Part shown: in pieces, positions 8,681-18,907 of the stretch | How positions within the stretch are numbered: position 1 is the first letter of the stretch | Layout: every line of letters begins with the position of its first letter | Assembly: GCA_036406675.1 (NCBI GenBank) | Contig: DASXAO010000114.1 | Span: forward strand, 1,739 to 65,738 | Source of the DNA: Burkholderiales bacterium | Lineage (GTDB): Bacteria > Pseudomonadota > Gammaproteobacteria > Burkholderiales > SG8-39 | Length of the DNA: 64,000 bases | Direction: 5' to 3' | Notes under the pieces: model-generated | The model's input: only the letters and a program-made list of their open reading frames with translations | What the model was told of the DNA's origin: nothing | Database searches by the model: none | Position numbers and translations under genes: made by a program

Positions 8681-9607
8681 ATGACACTGCTCGTGGCGCT
8701 CGTCGCCGCGCTGTGCTGGGTGATCGGCAACGTCGCCTACGCGCAAGAAGAAACCTCCGGCGTGCGGCTCGTGGACGAGGACGTGCGCATTCCCGTTAGC
8801 AATGGCAACTACACCCTGGCTGCAAGGATCCTGAGGCCGGAGGGCGACGGGCCCTACGGGGCCGTGATCCTCAACCACGGCGCCGCGGTGTCGGCGGAAG
8901 AACGACGCACCGAGTCCCCCGAGCTCCTGATCCACACCGCGGCCTACTTTGCCCGCCGCGGCTACGTCGTCGTGCTGCCGCTGCGCCGCGGCTTCGGCGC
9001 CACCGGCGGCGAGTTCGCCGAGGACGCCGGCTCCTGCCGCAACCCCGATTACCGGCGCGGCGAGAACGCGGCTTCCGACGACATCCTGGCCGCGTACGAA
9101 TACACCCGGCACCTTCCCTATGTCGACGGCTCGCGCATGATCCTCGCCGGCCAGTCCGCGGGCGGCGTCTCCTCGATCTACGCCGCCGCCCGCGCGCCGG
9201 AGGGGCTCGTCGCCGTGCTCGCCTTCGCCGCCGGCCGCGGCGGCAACCCCGCGCGCAACCCCGGCGTGCCGTGCGCCGTCGAGCCGCTCGCGCGGGTGTT
9301 CGACGAGATCGGCAAGCAGGTCAAGGTGCCGGTGCTGTTCCATTACGCCGAAAACGACCATTTCTTCAACCCGCAGACCTCCAAGCTTTGGTATGAGCGG
9401 TTCACGGCCGGCGGCGGGCACGCGGACTACGTGCTGCAGCCGGCCTTTGGCAAAGACGGTCACTATATCTTCAGCGAGGACGCCGGCGTGCGATATTGGC
9501 TGCCGGCGGTCGAACGGTTCATGGCCAAGAACGGCATCGCCTTCGAGGCCATGGTGCCAGATGCGGCTAAGAAGCCCATGCTGGCCGGCCAGAGCGCCGT
9601 CCAGTAA
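8681..9607 (+). CDS. Secreted alpha/beta hydrolase (dienelactone hydrolase / prolyl-oligopeptidase-like)
   Basis: Signal peptide MTLLVALVAALCWVIGNVAYAQ and nucleophile elbow GQSAGG are present. The ORF track starts at GTG 8669, and an alternative GTG lies at 8672 after SD GGGAGG (8661-8666). Confidence 0.75.
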   Translation: MTLLVALVAALCWVIGNVAYAQEETSGVRLVDEDVRIPVSNGNYTLAARILRPEGDGPYGAVILNHGAAVSAEERRTESPELLIHTAAYFARRGYVVVLPLRRGFGATGGEFAEDAGSCRNPDYRRGENAASDDILAAYEYTRHLPYVDGSRMILAGQSAGGVSSIYAAARAPEGLVAVLAFAAGRGGNPARNPGVPCAVEPLARVFDEIGKQVKVPVLFHYAENDHFFNPQTSKLWYERFTAGGGHADYVLQPAFGKDGHYIFSEDAGVRYWLPAVERFMAKNGIAFEAMVPDAAKKPMLAGQSAVQ

Positions 9608-9634
9608 CAATCCAGTCAAAGGCTAGAACGCCGG

Positions 9635-9655
9635 AATCGGGGTCTGACCCCGATT
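9635..9655. repeat. REP-like palindromic element, G-type core (AATCGGGGTCTGACCCCGATT)
   Basis: Lies between the convergent hydrolase and gspF genes. The gspF stop codon (9654-9656) overlaps the right arm. Confidence 0.85.
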
Positions 9656-10877
9656 AGATCCGCACGAGCTGGTTCATCTCGATGATCGGCAGCAGGATCG
9701 CGAGCACGATCAGTAGAACCAGGGCGCCCATGGCGAGGATGAGGGCGGGCTCCAGCACGCCGGTGAGGAGGCGCACGCGGGCGTCGTTCTCGACTTCCTG
9801 CTGCCGTCCCGCCTGGCCGAGCATGTGGGCGAGGCGCCCGCTCGCCTCGCCGGAGGCGACCAGGTGGATGAAGATCGGCGGAAAGACGCCGCGGCTGGCG
9901 AGCGCGCGGTGCAGGCTCGATCCCTCGCGCACGCGCTGCATTGCGTCCTCCACCGCGTCGCGCAGGGCGAGGTTCTTCACCACGCGCGCGCCGGCCGCAA
10001 GCGCCTGCAGGAGCGGCACGCCGCCTGCCGAGAGGATGCCGAGGCTCGAGGCGAGCCGCGCGGTGTCGATGCCGCGCCAGAGCGGCCCGACGAGCGGAAG
10101 CCGCAGCATCCGCGCGTGCCAGTGCCGCTTCGTGGCCTCGCGGCTGTAGGCCCAGCGCAGAACTAGGGCGATGACCACGAAGAAGGCGGCGACGTAGCCG
10201 AGCTTGCCCTTCAGCGCCCCGCTCGCCCAGAGGAGGGCCCGCGTGAGGAAAGGAAGCTCCTGTTTGCTCTGGGCGAAGACGTCGACGACCTGGGGCACGA
10301 CGTAGGTGAGCAGGCCCACCACGATGCAGAGCGCCACCGCGGCGACGATCGCGGGGTAGAGAAGGGCGAGGCCGGCGCTCTGGCGAGTCGCCTGGCGGCG
10401 CTCGAGGTACTCGGCGAGGTTCGACATCACCGCGCCGAGCTCGCCCGAATGCTCGCCGGCGCGCACGAGCGCGCGATAGATCTCCGGGAACGACGACGGG
10501 TAGGGGTCGAACGAGGCCGCGAGCGACTGCCCGGAAAGCACTTCGGCGCGCACCGCGGCGAGGATGCGCCGGGCGGATTCGCCCTGTGCCTGCTCGATGA
10601 GCGCGTCCAGGCATTGCTCGACCGTGAGGCCCGCCTCGAGCAGCATCGCGAAGCGCCGGGTGAGGAGCGAGAGCTCCCCCGCGCCGATGCGCATGCGCGC
10701 CGCCCAGAACCGTCGCTTCCCGGGCGCGGCCACCTCGCTGTCGACGGCCGAGACCTCGAGCGGCACCAGGCCCGCGCTGCGCAGCCCCGCGCGCGCCTGG
10801 CGCGGCGCCTCGGCGTCGACCACGCCGCGCCGGGTGCGGCCGTCGGCGTCGATCGCGGTGTAGCTGAAAGCGGGCAT
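9654..10877 (-). CDS. gspF: Type II secretion system inner-membrane platform protein GspF
   Basis: 407 aa with the duplicated GspF/PilC-type domain architecture and 3 TM segments. It follows gspE. Confidence 0.92.
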   Translation of the reverse strand: MPAFSYTAIDADGRTRRGVVDAEAPRQARAGLRSAGLVPLEVSAVDSEVAAPGKRRFWAARMRIGAGELSLLTRRFAMLLEAGLTVEQCLDALIEQAQGESARRILAAVRAEVLSGQSLAASFDPYPSSFPEIYRALVRAGEHSGELGAVMSNLAEYLERRQATRQSAGLALLYPAIVAAVALCIVVGLLTYVVPQVVDVFAQSKQELPFLTRALLWASGALKGKLGYVAAFFVVIALVLRWAYSREATKRHWHARMLRLPLVGPLWRGIDTARLASSLGILSAGGVPLLQALAAGARVVKNLALRDAVEDAMQRVREGSSLHRALASRGVFPPIFIHLVASGEASGRLAHMLGQAGRQQEVENDARVRLLTGVLEPALILAMGALVLLIVLAILLPIIEMNQLVRI

Positions 10878-10881
10878 CGTG

Positions 10882-12375
10882 CTACGACTCGCGCGTGACC
10901 CGGATCACTTCCTCGAGCGAGGTGAGCCCGCTCAAAACCCAGCGCAGTCCGTCCTGGCGCAGCGTGCGCATGCCGCGTTGCGCGGCGCTCGCCCGCAGGC
11001 GCTGCTCCGAGCCCGCGCCGTGGATCAGCGTCTTCGCCTCGTCGTCGATGACGAGGAGCTCGTAGATCCCGGTGCGCCCGATGTAGCCGGTGTTGTTGCA
11101 GGCTTCGCAGCCGCCCGGCGCGAAGAGCCTTTCGCCGTTGTAGCGCTCGCCGAGCTCGGCCAGGTCGGGCGCGCTCGGCTGGTGCGGCTGCTTGCACGCG
11201 GGACAGAGCTTGCGCACGAGCCGCTGCGCGAGCACCCCGAGCAGGCTCGAGGAGAGAAGGAAGGGCTCCACGCCCATGTCGACGAGGCGCGTCGGCGCGC
11301 TCGCCGCGTCGTTGGTGTGCAGCGTTGCGAGGACGAGGTGGCCGGTGAGGCTCGCCTGGACGGCGATCTCGGCGGTCTCGCTGTCGCGGATCTCGCCCAC
11401 CATGATGACGTCCGGGTCGTGGCGCAGGATCGAGCGGAGCGCCCGCGCGAACGTCATTCCGATCTTGGCATTGACCGGCGTCTGGGCGATGCCGTCGAGC
11501 TCGTACTCGACCGGGTCCTCGACCGTCATGATATTCAGGCCGAGCGAGTCGATGCGCTCGAGCGCCGCGTACAGCGTGGTGGTCTTCCCCGATCCGGTCG
11601 GACCGGTGACGAGCACGATGCCGTGGGGCTGGTGGATCAGGCCGTCGATCGACGCGAGGGCCGATTCGTCCATGCCCAGGCCGCCGAGCTGGAACTGGCT
11701 CGCCTCCTTGTCGAGCAGGCGCAGCACCGCGCGCTCGCCGTAGCCGGTCGGCAGCGTCGCGACGCGCACGTCCACCTGGCGCCCCGCGAGCCGCAGGGAG
11801 ATGCGCCCGTCCTGCGGCAAGCGCTTCTCGGCGATGTCGAGATTGGCCATGATCTTGATGCGCGAGAGCATCGCGGCGTGCAGCCCGCGGTGCGGCTCGG
11901 CCACGGTGCGGAGCGTGCCGTCGAGGCGGAAGCGCACCACGGAGCGCGCGTCGTAGGGCTCGATGTGGATGTCCGAGGCCTTCTGGCGCAGCGCCTGGGT
12001 GAGCAGCACGTTGATCATGCGGATCACCGGCGCGTCGTTGTCCGAGTCGAGCGGGTCCTCGATCTTCGGCATCTCCTGCACCAGGCGCGAGAGGTCCATG
12101 TCCTGGCCGATGGCGTCGGCCACGTAGGAGGCCGACTGGCTCGCCTGCGAGTACGCCTGCGCGAGGCGCCGCTCGAAGGCTTCGGGCTCCTCCACCGCGG
12201 TCACGCGCACCGGCACGCCGAGCACGCGGCGCAGCTCGGCGAGCACCTGCGGCCGTGCGCCCTGGCGCAGGCACACCAGGGCCTCCTTCTCGGAGATCTC
12301 GAGGAGCAGCGCCCCGTTCAGCCGCGCGAACGGATAGGGAACGAGGCGGACCGGCGTGTCGCGGGCGACGTCCAT
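10882..12375 (-). CDS. gspE: Type II secretion system ATPase GspE
   Basis: 497 aa. Walker [11 protein letters not shown], Asp/His boxes and the tetracysteine motif CPACK...CEACNNTGY are present. Confidence 0.95.
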   Translation of the reverse strand: MDVARDTPVRLVPYPFARLNGALLLEISEKEALVCLRQGARPQVLAELRRVLGVPVRVTAVEEPEAFERRLAQAYSQASQSASYVADAIGQDMDLSRLVQEMPKIEDPLDSDNDAPVIRMINVLLTQALRQKASDIHIEPYDARSVVRFRLDGTLRTVAEPHRGLHAAMLSRIKIMANLDIAEKRLPQDGRISLRLAGRQVDVRVATLPTGYGERAVLRLLDKEASQFQLGGLGMDESALASIDGLIHQPHGIVLVTGPTGSGKTTTLYAALERIDSLGLNIMTVEDPVEYELDGIAQTPVNAKIGMTFARALRSILRHDPDVIMVGEIRDSETAEIAVQASLTGHLVLATLHTNDAASAPTRLVDMGVEPFLLSSSLLGVLAQRLVRKLCPACKQPHQPSAPDLAELGERYNGERLFAPGGCEACNNTGYIGRTGIYELLVIDDEAKTLIHGAGSEQRLRASAAQRGMRTLRQDGLRWVLSGLTSLEEVIRVTRES

Positions 12376-12384
12376 GCCGCCACT

Positions 12385-14532
12385 TTACTGCGCCGGGGGC
12401 TTCTGCGCCGGGGCAGACTGCTCAGGTGCGCTCTCCGCCGGAGCGTTCGGCGCCGGGGCGCTCGGCGCGGGGGCGGCGCTCGGCGCGGGCGCGCTCTGCG
12501 GCGAGCCGTCCTCGGGCGGCAGCATCGGCGTAACGATGTCGGGCAGCACTATGGAGGGCGGGATGCGCGCTTTTCCCTGTTCCTCGATCATCTGGCGGTA
12601 GCGGTCGGAAGTGACCGGGGCATAGTTGCTGCGCTCCTTCATGACGAGCGGCCGCAGGAACACCATGAGGTTGGTCTTGGTCTGCGTGCGCGTCTCGTAG
12701 CGGAACAGCGCGCCGAGGAGCGGGATGTCGCCCAGCAGCGGCACTTTTTGCATGGTGTTGCCGGTGCTGTCCTGGATCAGTCCGCCGATCACGATGATCG
12801 CGCCGTCGTCCACCAGCACGCTCGACTCCAGGGACCGCTTGTTGGTGATGATCCCGGCCGGGTTGGTCTGGTCCTGGACGCTCGAGACCTCCTGGTAGAT
12901 CTGCAGGCGCACCGAGCCGCCTTCCGAGATCTGCGGCTTGATGCGCAGCGTCAGGCCGACGTCGCGCCGCTCGATGGTCTGGAACGGCGTGGCGGTGGTC
13001 GCGGCGCCGGTCTGCGCGTACTGGCCGGTGATGAAGGGCACGTTCTGCCCGATGACGATCTTCGCCTCCTCGTTGTCGAGCGTGAGCAGGTTCGGCGTGG
13101 AGAGGATGTTCGCCTTGGTGTCGGACTCGAGCGCGCGCGCGAGGAACGCGAGGTTCGTGACCGTGCCGATGCCGGGAAGGGTGACCTGGCCGCGCACCAC
13201 GCCTAGATTCAGCCCGTTGGCGAGGCTGCCGGGGTTCACCGCGCCGTCGATGATGTTGGTGCCCGAGCCGCGCGCGCCGAAGTTCGTTCCGCCGAAGCCC
13301 TGGGTGGCGTTGCTGGTGGTGTCGTGCAGCGCTTGCCACTGGACGCCGAACTCGGCCGCCTTGTCGGCCGTCATCTCCACGATCAGCGCCTCGACGTGCA
13401 CCTGCATCCGGCGCACGTCGAGCTTGTCGATCACTGCCTTCAGGCTCGCGAACACCGAGTCGGGCGCCGAGATGATGAGCGCGTTGGAAGCCGGGTCGGC
13501 CTGTACGATGCCGCCCCCGCCGCCCACCGGGCCGAGCCCGCTGAGCGGCGACGGCGACGGGCCGGGACCGCCAGAGACCGGCTGCTGCCCCACCGTCGAA
13601 GGCGCGGTGGAGAGCGGTGCCGTCGCGGCAATGTTGAGTGCCGGCGAGGACTCGCCCGAAAGCACGGCGCGCAGGGTCTGCGCGACGCGCACCGCCTCCG
13701 CGTTCTTCAGGTACACCACGTGCAAGTTGCCGCCGGCGGTCGTGGACTTGTCCAGGCCCTGCACCATTTCCTGGATGCGCGCGAGCCGGGCGGGATTCTC
13801 GGCGCGCACGATGAGGCTGTTGGTGCGTCCGTCGGCCGCCACGCTGATGCGGCCGCGGGAATCGGCGCCCGCCGCCGCGTCGGCGGCATAGAGGCGGTTG
13901 ACCGTGTTCGCCATTTCGGTGGCCGAGGCGTTGCGCAGCGGGATGAACACCGGCTCGCCGCCGCCGGGCCGGTCGATGGCGTCGATGATGCGGTCGATGC
14001 GGCGCAGGTTTTCGCCGTAGTCGGTGATCACGAGCGAATTGTTCGCCGCGTACACCGCGATGGTGTTGTTCGGGCTGATGATCGGCCTCAGCACCGGCAG
14101 CATCTGCGCCGCCGATTCATATTTCAGCGTGTAAACTCGGGTCTGAAGCCGGTCGCCGTCCGCGCTGCCCCTCGGCGACACCGAGCTCAGGTGCAGCTTC
14201 GCGTCGGCCTCCGGCAGGATCTTCACCACCCCGTCGCTCTCCACCGCGGCAAAGCCCTGGAGCCTGAGCGCGGAAAGGAAAATGTCGTAGGCGGCCGACG
14301 GCGGTACCGGGCGCGACGAAACGATATTGACGGTGCCCTTGACCCGCGGATCGAGCAGGAAATTGCGCTTCGACATCTGGCCGATCGCGGTCGCGACGGC
14401 CTCGATGTCGGCGTTGACGAAGTTGAGCATGACCGGCTCTTCGGCGGCGCGCACGCCGAAGGCGACGAACGCCAGCAGGAGGAGAAGACCGCGCCTAGCG
14501 GCCGGCATTGCCCCGCGCGCCAGAGGGCGCAT
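12385..14532 (-). CDS. gspD: Type II secretion system secretin GspD
   Basis: 715 aa with a signal peptide, N0-N3 domains and a secretin core (VPLLGDIPLLGALFRYETRTQTKTNLMVFLRP). An unusual Ala/Pro/Ser-rich tail of about 45 aa sits at the C-terminus. An alternative start lies at 14508. Confidence 0.95.
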   Translation of the reverse strand: MRPLARGAMPAARRGLLLLLAFVAFGVRAAEEPVMLNFVNADIEAVATAIGQMSKRNFLLDPRVKGTVNIVSSRPVPPSAAYDIFLSALRLQGFAAVESDGVVKILPEADAKLHLSSVSPRGSADGDRLQTRVYTLKYESAAQMLPVLRPIISPNNTIAVYAANNSLVITDYGENLRRIDRIIDAIDRPGGGEPVFIPLRNASATEMANTVNRLYAADAAAGADSRGRISVAADGRTNSLIVRAENPARLARIQEMVQGLDKSTTAGGNLHVVYLKNAEAVRVAQTLRAVLSGESSPALNIAATAPLSTAPSTVGQQPVSGGPGPSPSPLSGLGPVGGGGGIVQADPASNALIISAPDSVFASLKAVIDKLDVRRMQVHVEALIVEMTADKAAEFGVQWQALHDTTSNATQGFGGTNFGARGSGTNIIDGAVNPGSLANGLNLGVVRGQVTLPGIGTVTNLAFLARALESDTKANILSTPNLLTLDNEEAKIVIGQNVPFITGQYAQTGAATTATPFQTIERRDVGLTLRIKPQISEGGSVRLQIYQEVSSVQDQTNPAGIITNKRSLESSVLVDDGAIIVIGGLIQDSTGNTMQKVPLLGDIPLLGALFRYETRTQTKTNLMVFLRPLVMKERSNYAPVTSDRYRQMIEEQGKARIPPSIVLPDIVTPMLPPEDGSPQSAPAPSAAPAPSAPAPNAPAESAPEQSAPAQKPPAQ

Positions 14533-14965
14533 CGAGCGGCACGCTGCGCCGCTCGAGCGTGAGCCGCTCGATCTCGCCGCGGCGGCTCACCACCACGTAG
14601 TCGGGGTGTACCTCGCGCACCACCAGGTCGCCGACCGATTCTCCGACCGCAGCGGCGCGCGGCCGGCCGTTCTCGGTGAACACGGCGCGGTCGGGCGACA
14701 CCACGCCGACGAGGCGCACCGGGCCGGCGGAGGCGGCCTGTGGCGCGGCGGCGCCGAAGAGGCGCCGCGCGGCGGGCGAGGGCGATTCGGCCGCGCGCGC
14801 CTGCTCGCCGAGCGCCGGCGCGGCCTTCGCGCGCGGGGCGAGCAGCACCCAGGTGAAGTACGCGGCCGCCGCCGCGAGCGCGGCAAGCAGCAGGAGATCG
14901 AGCGCCAGAGCGACCGGAGCGGCGCGCAACAGCGGCTGTATTGTGTTCTTGAACCCGCCTGCCAT
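14495..14965 (-). CDS. Short GspC-like type II secretion protein (TM anchor + HR-like domain, no PDZ)
   Basis: 156 aa. It has an N-terminal TM helix (PVALALDLLLLAALAAAAAYFTW) and a C-terminal segment LVGVV...AVF...VGESVGDLVVREVHPDYVVVSRRGEIERL resembling the secretin-binding HR domain of GspC. It lies immediately upstream of gspD. Confidence 0.55.
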   Translation of the reverse strand: MAGGFKNTIQPLLRAAPVALALDLLLLAALAAAAAYFTWVLLAPRAKAAPALGEQARAAESPSPAARRLFGAAAPQAASAGPVRLVGVVSPDRAVFTENGRPRAAAVGESVGDLVVREVHPDYVVVSRRGEIERLTLERRSVPLDAPSGARGNAGR

Positions 14966-15036
14966 CTACAAGGTATAGTATCCCGATCCCCGAGCCACTA
15001 CAATTACTTGTACGGGCTGGGGTCAGCGGAGGACGC

Positions 15037-15465
15037 ATGAGTCGAGCTCGCATCCGCGCGTTCACTCTCATCGAAGTCATGGTGGTGGTCGCGATCCTGG
15101 CGGTGCTCGCCGCCCTGATCGTGCCGAAGGTGATGAGCCGCCCCGACGAGGCCCGCGTGGTCGCGGCGCGCCAGGACATTGCCAGCCTGCTGCAGGCGCT
15201 CAAGCTCTATCGCCTCGACAACCTGCGCTATCCCACGACCGAGCAGGGTCTCGCCGCGCTGGTGACGCGCCCGACGCTCGCGCCCGTGCCGCCGAACTGG
15301 AAGCCCGGCGGCTACCTCGAGCGCCTGCCGCGCGACCCGTGGGGCCATCCCTACCAGTACCTGAGCCCCGGCCTGCACGGCGAGGTCGACGTGTTCAGCT
15401 TCGGCGCCGACAACGCGGCCGGCGGCGAAGGCTTCGACGCGGACATCGGCTCGTGGACCCTGTAG
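15037..15465 (+). CDS. gspG: Type II secretion major pseudopilin GspG
   Basis: 142 aa with prepilin leader and cleavage motif RAFTLIEVMVV. PRDPWGHPYQY is the conserved GspG block. Confidence 0.95.
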   Translation: MSRARIRAFTLIEVMVVVAILAVLAALIVPKVMSRPDEARVVAARQDIASLLQALKLYRLDNLRYPTTEQGLAALVTRPTLAPVPPNWKPGGYLERLPRDPWGHPYQYLSPGLHGEVDVFSFGADNAAGGEGFDADIGSWTL

Positions 15466-15482
15466 CCCCATCCCACCGGCGC

Positions 15483-15950
15483 GTGCGCGGCTTCACGCTG
15501 ATCGAGCTCCTGGTCGTGCTCGCCATCATGGCGGTGGTCGCGGCGGCCGTGGTCACCGTGGGGCTTCCCGGCAACTCGGACGCGGCGCGCGCCGAGGCGC
15601 GAAGGCTGGCATCGCTCCTCGAGTCGGCGATGCGCGAGTCGCGCGCGAGCGGCCGCAGCATCGCCTGGTCCCCGGTGCCGCAGGGCTACGCCTTCTGGCA
15701 GCGCGGCGAGGACGGCGACTGGGTCCTGTATCCTCGGACCAGCCTTTACCGCAGCCGCGCGCTCTCCGGGAGCGAGCTCACGCGCGTGCGCGTCGACGGC
15801 CGCGACCTCGCGCCAGGCGAGCGGGTAGTGTTCGCGCCGTACGGACTGCGCAGCGAGCTCTCCGCGACCGTGGCCGGCGCGGGCGAGCAGTTCGTCATTT
15901 ATGGAGACGTCATTGGGCGGGTCAGCTTCGCGCGGGTTTACGCTAATTGA
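15483..15950 (+). CDS. gspH: Type II secretion minor pseudopilin GspH
   Basis: In-frame GTG at 15483 gives VRGFTLIELLVVLAIMAVV, a prepilin N-terminus. It sits between gspG and gspI. Confidence 0.8.
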   Translation: MRGFTLIELLVVLAIMAVVAAAVVTVGLPGNSDAARAEARRLASLLESAMRESRASGRSIAWSPVPQGYAFWQRGEDGDWVLYPRTSLYRSRALSGSELTRVRVDGRDLAPGERVVFAPYGLRSELSATVAGAGEQFVIYGDVIGRVSFARVYAN

Positions 15951-16287
15951 GGTGCTGGTGGCGCTCGCCATCGCGGCGATCGCGCTGGCGGCGGTGAGCC
16001 GCTCCGCCGCGGTATCGAGCACCTCGGCGGCCGAGATCAAGCTGCGCGCGCTCGCCGGGTTCGTGGCCGAGAACCGTCTGGGCGAGCTCGACGCGCGCCG
16101 CGCGTGGCCGCCGGTCGGCGTGACCCAGGGCACCGAGCGCCAGGCCGGGATCGACTTTCCCTGGCGCATGGAAGTCTTTGCCACCCAGCATCCGCTGCTG
16201 CGGCGGGTCGAAGTCCAGGTGGTCGATCCGGCCGAGCCCACGCACGTGCTGCGCACGCTCGTGGGAATTCTCCCGAAAGAGAGCTAG
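15901..16287 (+). CDS. gspI: Type II secretion minor pseudopilin GspI
   Basis: 128 aa with the prepilin motif SRGFTLIEVLVALAI. Confidence 0.85.
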   Translation: METSLGGSASRGFTLIEVLVALAIAAIALAAVSRSAAVSSTSAAEIKLRALAGFVAENRLGELDARRAWPPVGVTQGTERQAGIDFPWRMEVFATQHPLLRRVEVQVVDPAEPTHVLRTLVGILPKES

Positions 16288-16824
16288 GTGCCTTACCGGC
16301 CGAAATTGGGATTCACGCTGCTCGAGCTGCTCGCGGCGCTCGCGGTGCTCGCGGTGCTGGCGTCGCTCAGCTTCCGCGGCCTCTCCTCGGTGCTCGACGG
16401 CGAGGCGCACGTGCGCGAGCAGGCGAAGCGCTGGAGCGACGTAGGCCTGCTGCTCGGGCAGCTGCGCGAGGACGTGTCCTCGGCGATGGAAGGCCGGGGC
16501 TTCACGCTCGGCCCCTCGACGGACGCCGACCTCATCATTACCCGGTTCGCCGACCAGCCCGGAGCGGCGCCGCGGCGCGTCGGCTACCGGCTGCGCGAGG
16601 GGCGGGTGGAATATCTCCTGTGGCCGCAGGGAATGGACTCCGGTCCGCCCGCCGCCGCTTATGCGGTGCTCGCGAACGTAGCCGACATGAGATTCACCGC
16701 GCTCCGTGAAGACGGCACCTGGATGCCGGTCTGGCCCGTCGGCCAGCCGCTGCCGCGCGCGGTATCGGTGGATCTCGCGCTGGCGAGCGGCGAGCATGTC
16801 ACGCGGCTCTTCGCCCTGAGATGA
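16288..16824 (+). CDS. gspJ: Type II secretion minor pseudopilin GspJ
   Basis: 178 aa with a GTG start and the prepilin motif LGFTLLELLAALAV. Confidence 0.85.
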   Translation: MPYRPKLGFTLLELLAALAVLAVLASLSFRGLSSVLDGEAHVREQAKRWSDVGLLLGQLREDVSSAMEGRGFTLGPSTDADLIITRFADQPGAAPRRVGYRLREGRVEYLLWPQGMDSGPPAAAYAVLANVADMRFTALREDGTWMPVWPVGQPLPRAVSVDLALASGEHVTRLFALR

Positions 16825-17681
16825 AAGGCTCGCGAATCCAATTCCCGCACGCCGAGCGCGGCACCGCGGTCATCATCGCGCTCCTGGTGCTCGCGCTCGC
16901 CGCCGCGGGCGCCGCCGCGATGCTCGAGCGCCAGGACCTGGATGCCCGCGCGCTGCAGTCGCAGCGCGACTACGAGCAGGCGCGCTGGATGCTGAGGGGC
17001 GGCATGCACTGGGCGCGCTCGATCCTCGCAGAGGACGCGCGCGCGTCGGCCACGGACCATCAGCGCGAGCTCTGGGCGTCGGGGCTTCCGCCGACGGACG
17101 TGCAGCTCGGCTCGCTCGCCGGCGCGATCCGCGACGAGCAGGGGCTTTTCAATCTCAATAACCTGGCGAGCGGCGGCAAGCGCGACCCGCTCCAGATCGC
17201 CGCGCTCGGGCGCCTGCTCGGGGCGATCGGGCTCTCGCCGGCGCTCGCCGACGCGATCGCCGCGCGCATCGACCCGAAGCGCCCGCTTGCCGACGTCGGC
17301 GAGCTCGCCGGGGTCGGCGGCCTCGGCCCCGACGCCCTCATTCGCCTGCGCAGCTATGTGACCGCGCTTCCGCGCCCGACGGCGGTGAACGTCAACACGG
17401 CGCCGCCCGAGGTGCTTACGGCGGTGGTCGAAGGCCTTCCCCTTTCGGAGGCTCAGGCGCTCGCGCGGCGTCTCGCCGTCGACCCGGTGCGCAGCACCGA
17501 CGACTTCGTGTCGCGGCTGCGCCCGAACCTCCGGCTCGGCGCCGCGGGCGTCGCAGCCTCGAGCCAGTTCTTCGTCGTGCAAGGGCGCGCGAAGGTGGGC
17601 GACGCCGATCTGCGCATGGAGGCGCTCCTGCAGCGCACGGGGACCGGTCTTCCCGCCATCGTGTGGCAGAGGAACGCTTGA
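16821..17681 (+). CDS. gspK: Type II secretion minor pseudopilin GspK
   Basis: 286 aa with ERGTAVIIALLVLAL at the N-terminus and the GLFNLNNL block typical of GspK. Its start overlaps the gspJ stop by 4 nt. Confidence 0.88.
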   Translation: MKGSRIQFPHAERGTAVIIALLVLALAAAGAAAMLERQDLDARALQSQRDYEQARWMLRGGMHWARSILAEDARASATDHQRELWASGLPPTDVQLGSLAGAIRDEQGLFNLNNLASGGKRDPLQIAALGRLLGAIGLSPALADAIAARIDPKRPLADVGELAGVGGLGPDALIRLRSYVTALPRPTAVNVNTAPPEVLTAVVEGLPLSEAQALARRLAVDPVRSTDDFVSRLRPNLRLGAAGVAASSQFFVVQGRAKVGDADLRMEALLQRTGTGLPAIVWQRNA

Positions 17682-18907
17682 GCGTCTGCCGCATCCGGCT
17701 GGAGCGCGACTTTCCGGAGAGCGGCCGCTTCGAATGGGCGCTCGTCGGCGATCTGGGGACGGTGCTGGAGAGCGGGACGTCGGACCTCGCCATGCCGCCG
17801 CGCGGCCGGCCGTGCGAGGCGGTGCTCGCTGCGGACCTCGTGCTGCTCGAGCGCGTGGCCCTGCCGGCCGCTCAGCAGCGCCGCCTGCAATCCGCGCTGC
17901 GCTTTCTCGCCGAGGACAGCATCGTGCCTGATCCGGCGCGCGTGCACGTCGCGGCCGCGCGCACGCCGCAGAAAGACGTGGTGTGCGTCGGCGTGGTCGA
18001 CCGCGAATGGCTGGTGCAGGCGCTCGCGCGCCTCGGCCGCTCCGGCATCGTGCCGGTCGGCGCCTACCCCGAAACCCTGTTGCCGCAGCTCGAGCCGGGC
18101 GCCTGGATCGTGGTGTGCGGCGGCGACGGCAGCTTCGTGCGCACCGCGGAGTCCGAGGGCTTCGCGCTCGACAGCGCGGCCGAGGACGAGCCCCCGGTGG
18201 CCCTGCGCCTGGCGCTCGACGCGGCGCGCAGCGCCGGGCGCCTGCCGCAGCGCCTCGTGCTGCGCGCCATGTCCGACGCGGCGCTGCCCGACGCGGCGGG
18301 CTGGACCTCTGCCTTGGGCTTGGCGGTCGAGGCCGGCGCGCCGTGGCGCTGGTCCCAGGCGCGGCAGCGGCCGCGCTTCGAGCTCCTCCAGGGCGAATTC
18401 GCGCCGCGCGGCTCGGGCGGCGCATGGCGGCAGGCGCTGGTGCGGCCCGCCGTGCTGGCCACCGTGCTGGTTGCCTTGGTGAGCGTCGGCATCGCGGCCG
18501 ACTGGGCGCTGAAGGCGGCGGAGCGCGACCGCCTGCAGGCCGAGATGGCCGCCCTGTATCGCGAGAGCTTCGGCGAAAGCGCCGTGCTGGTGGATCCACC
18601 GCTGCAAATGAGCCGGGCGCTCGCGGAGCTGCGCGCCGCGGCGGGTCAGGGCAGCGCATCGGATTTCGTCGCGCTCCTCAATGCCGTGGCGGAGTCCGTG
18701 CCCGAGGTGGGCGCGCAACGCATCGAAGCGATCGACTACGAGAACGGACGGCTCTCGGTGTCCCTGCGGGCGCGCGAACCGAGCCAGGCCGCCGCGCTCG
18801 CCACGCAGCTTCGCGCCCGAGCGAGCGTGCCGGGCCTGGAGATCCGGGTGGAGGACGGCGCCGCCGGCGCCTTGCGGCTGATCGCTGCCGTACCGGGGGC
18901 AAGATGA
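17663..18907 (+). CDS. gspL: Type II secretion protein GspL
   Basis: 414 aa with a cytoplasmic actin-like domain, a single TM (PAVLATVLVALVSVGIAADWAL) and a periplasmic domain. The start is GTG 17663 or TTG 17678. Confidence 0.8.
   Translation: MAEERLSVCRIRLERDFPESGRFEWALVGDLGTVLESGTSDLAMPPRGRPCEAVLAADLVLLERVALPAAQQRRLQSALRFLAEDSIVPDPARVHVAAARTPQKDVVCVGVVDREWLVQALARLGRSGIVPVGAYPETLLPQLEPGAWIVVCGGDGSFVRTAESEGFALDSAAEDEPPVALRLALDAARSAGRLPQRLVLRAMSDAALPDAAGWTSALGLAVEAGAPWRWSQARQRPRFELLQGEFAPRGSGGAWRQALVRPAVLATVLVALVSVGIAADWALKAAERDRLQAEMAALYRESFGESAVLVDPPLQMSRALAELRAAAGQGSASDFVALLNAVAESVPEVGAQRIEAIDYENGRLSVSLRAREPSQAAALATQLRARASVPGLEIRVEDGAAGALRLIAAVPGAR

Noticed and set aside
14966-15036. 6-bp inverted repeat TACAAG...CTTGTA in the gspC-like/gspG divergent region, considered as a possible operator.
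   Set aside because: The arms are too short (6 bp) and too widely spaced (34 nt) to distinguish from chance. I know of no regulator motif that matches.
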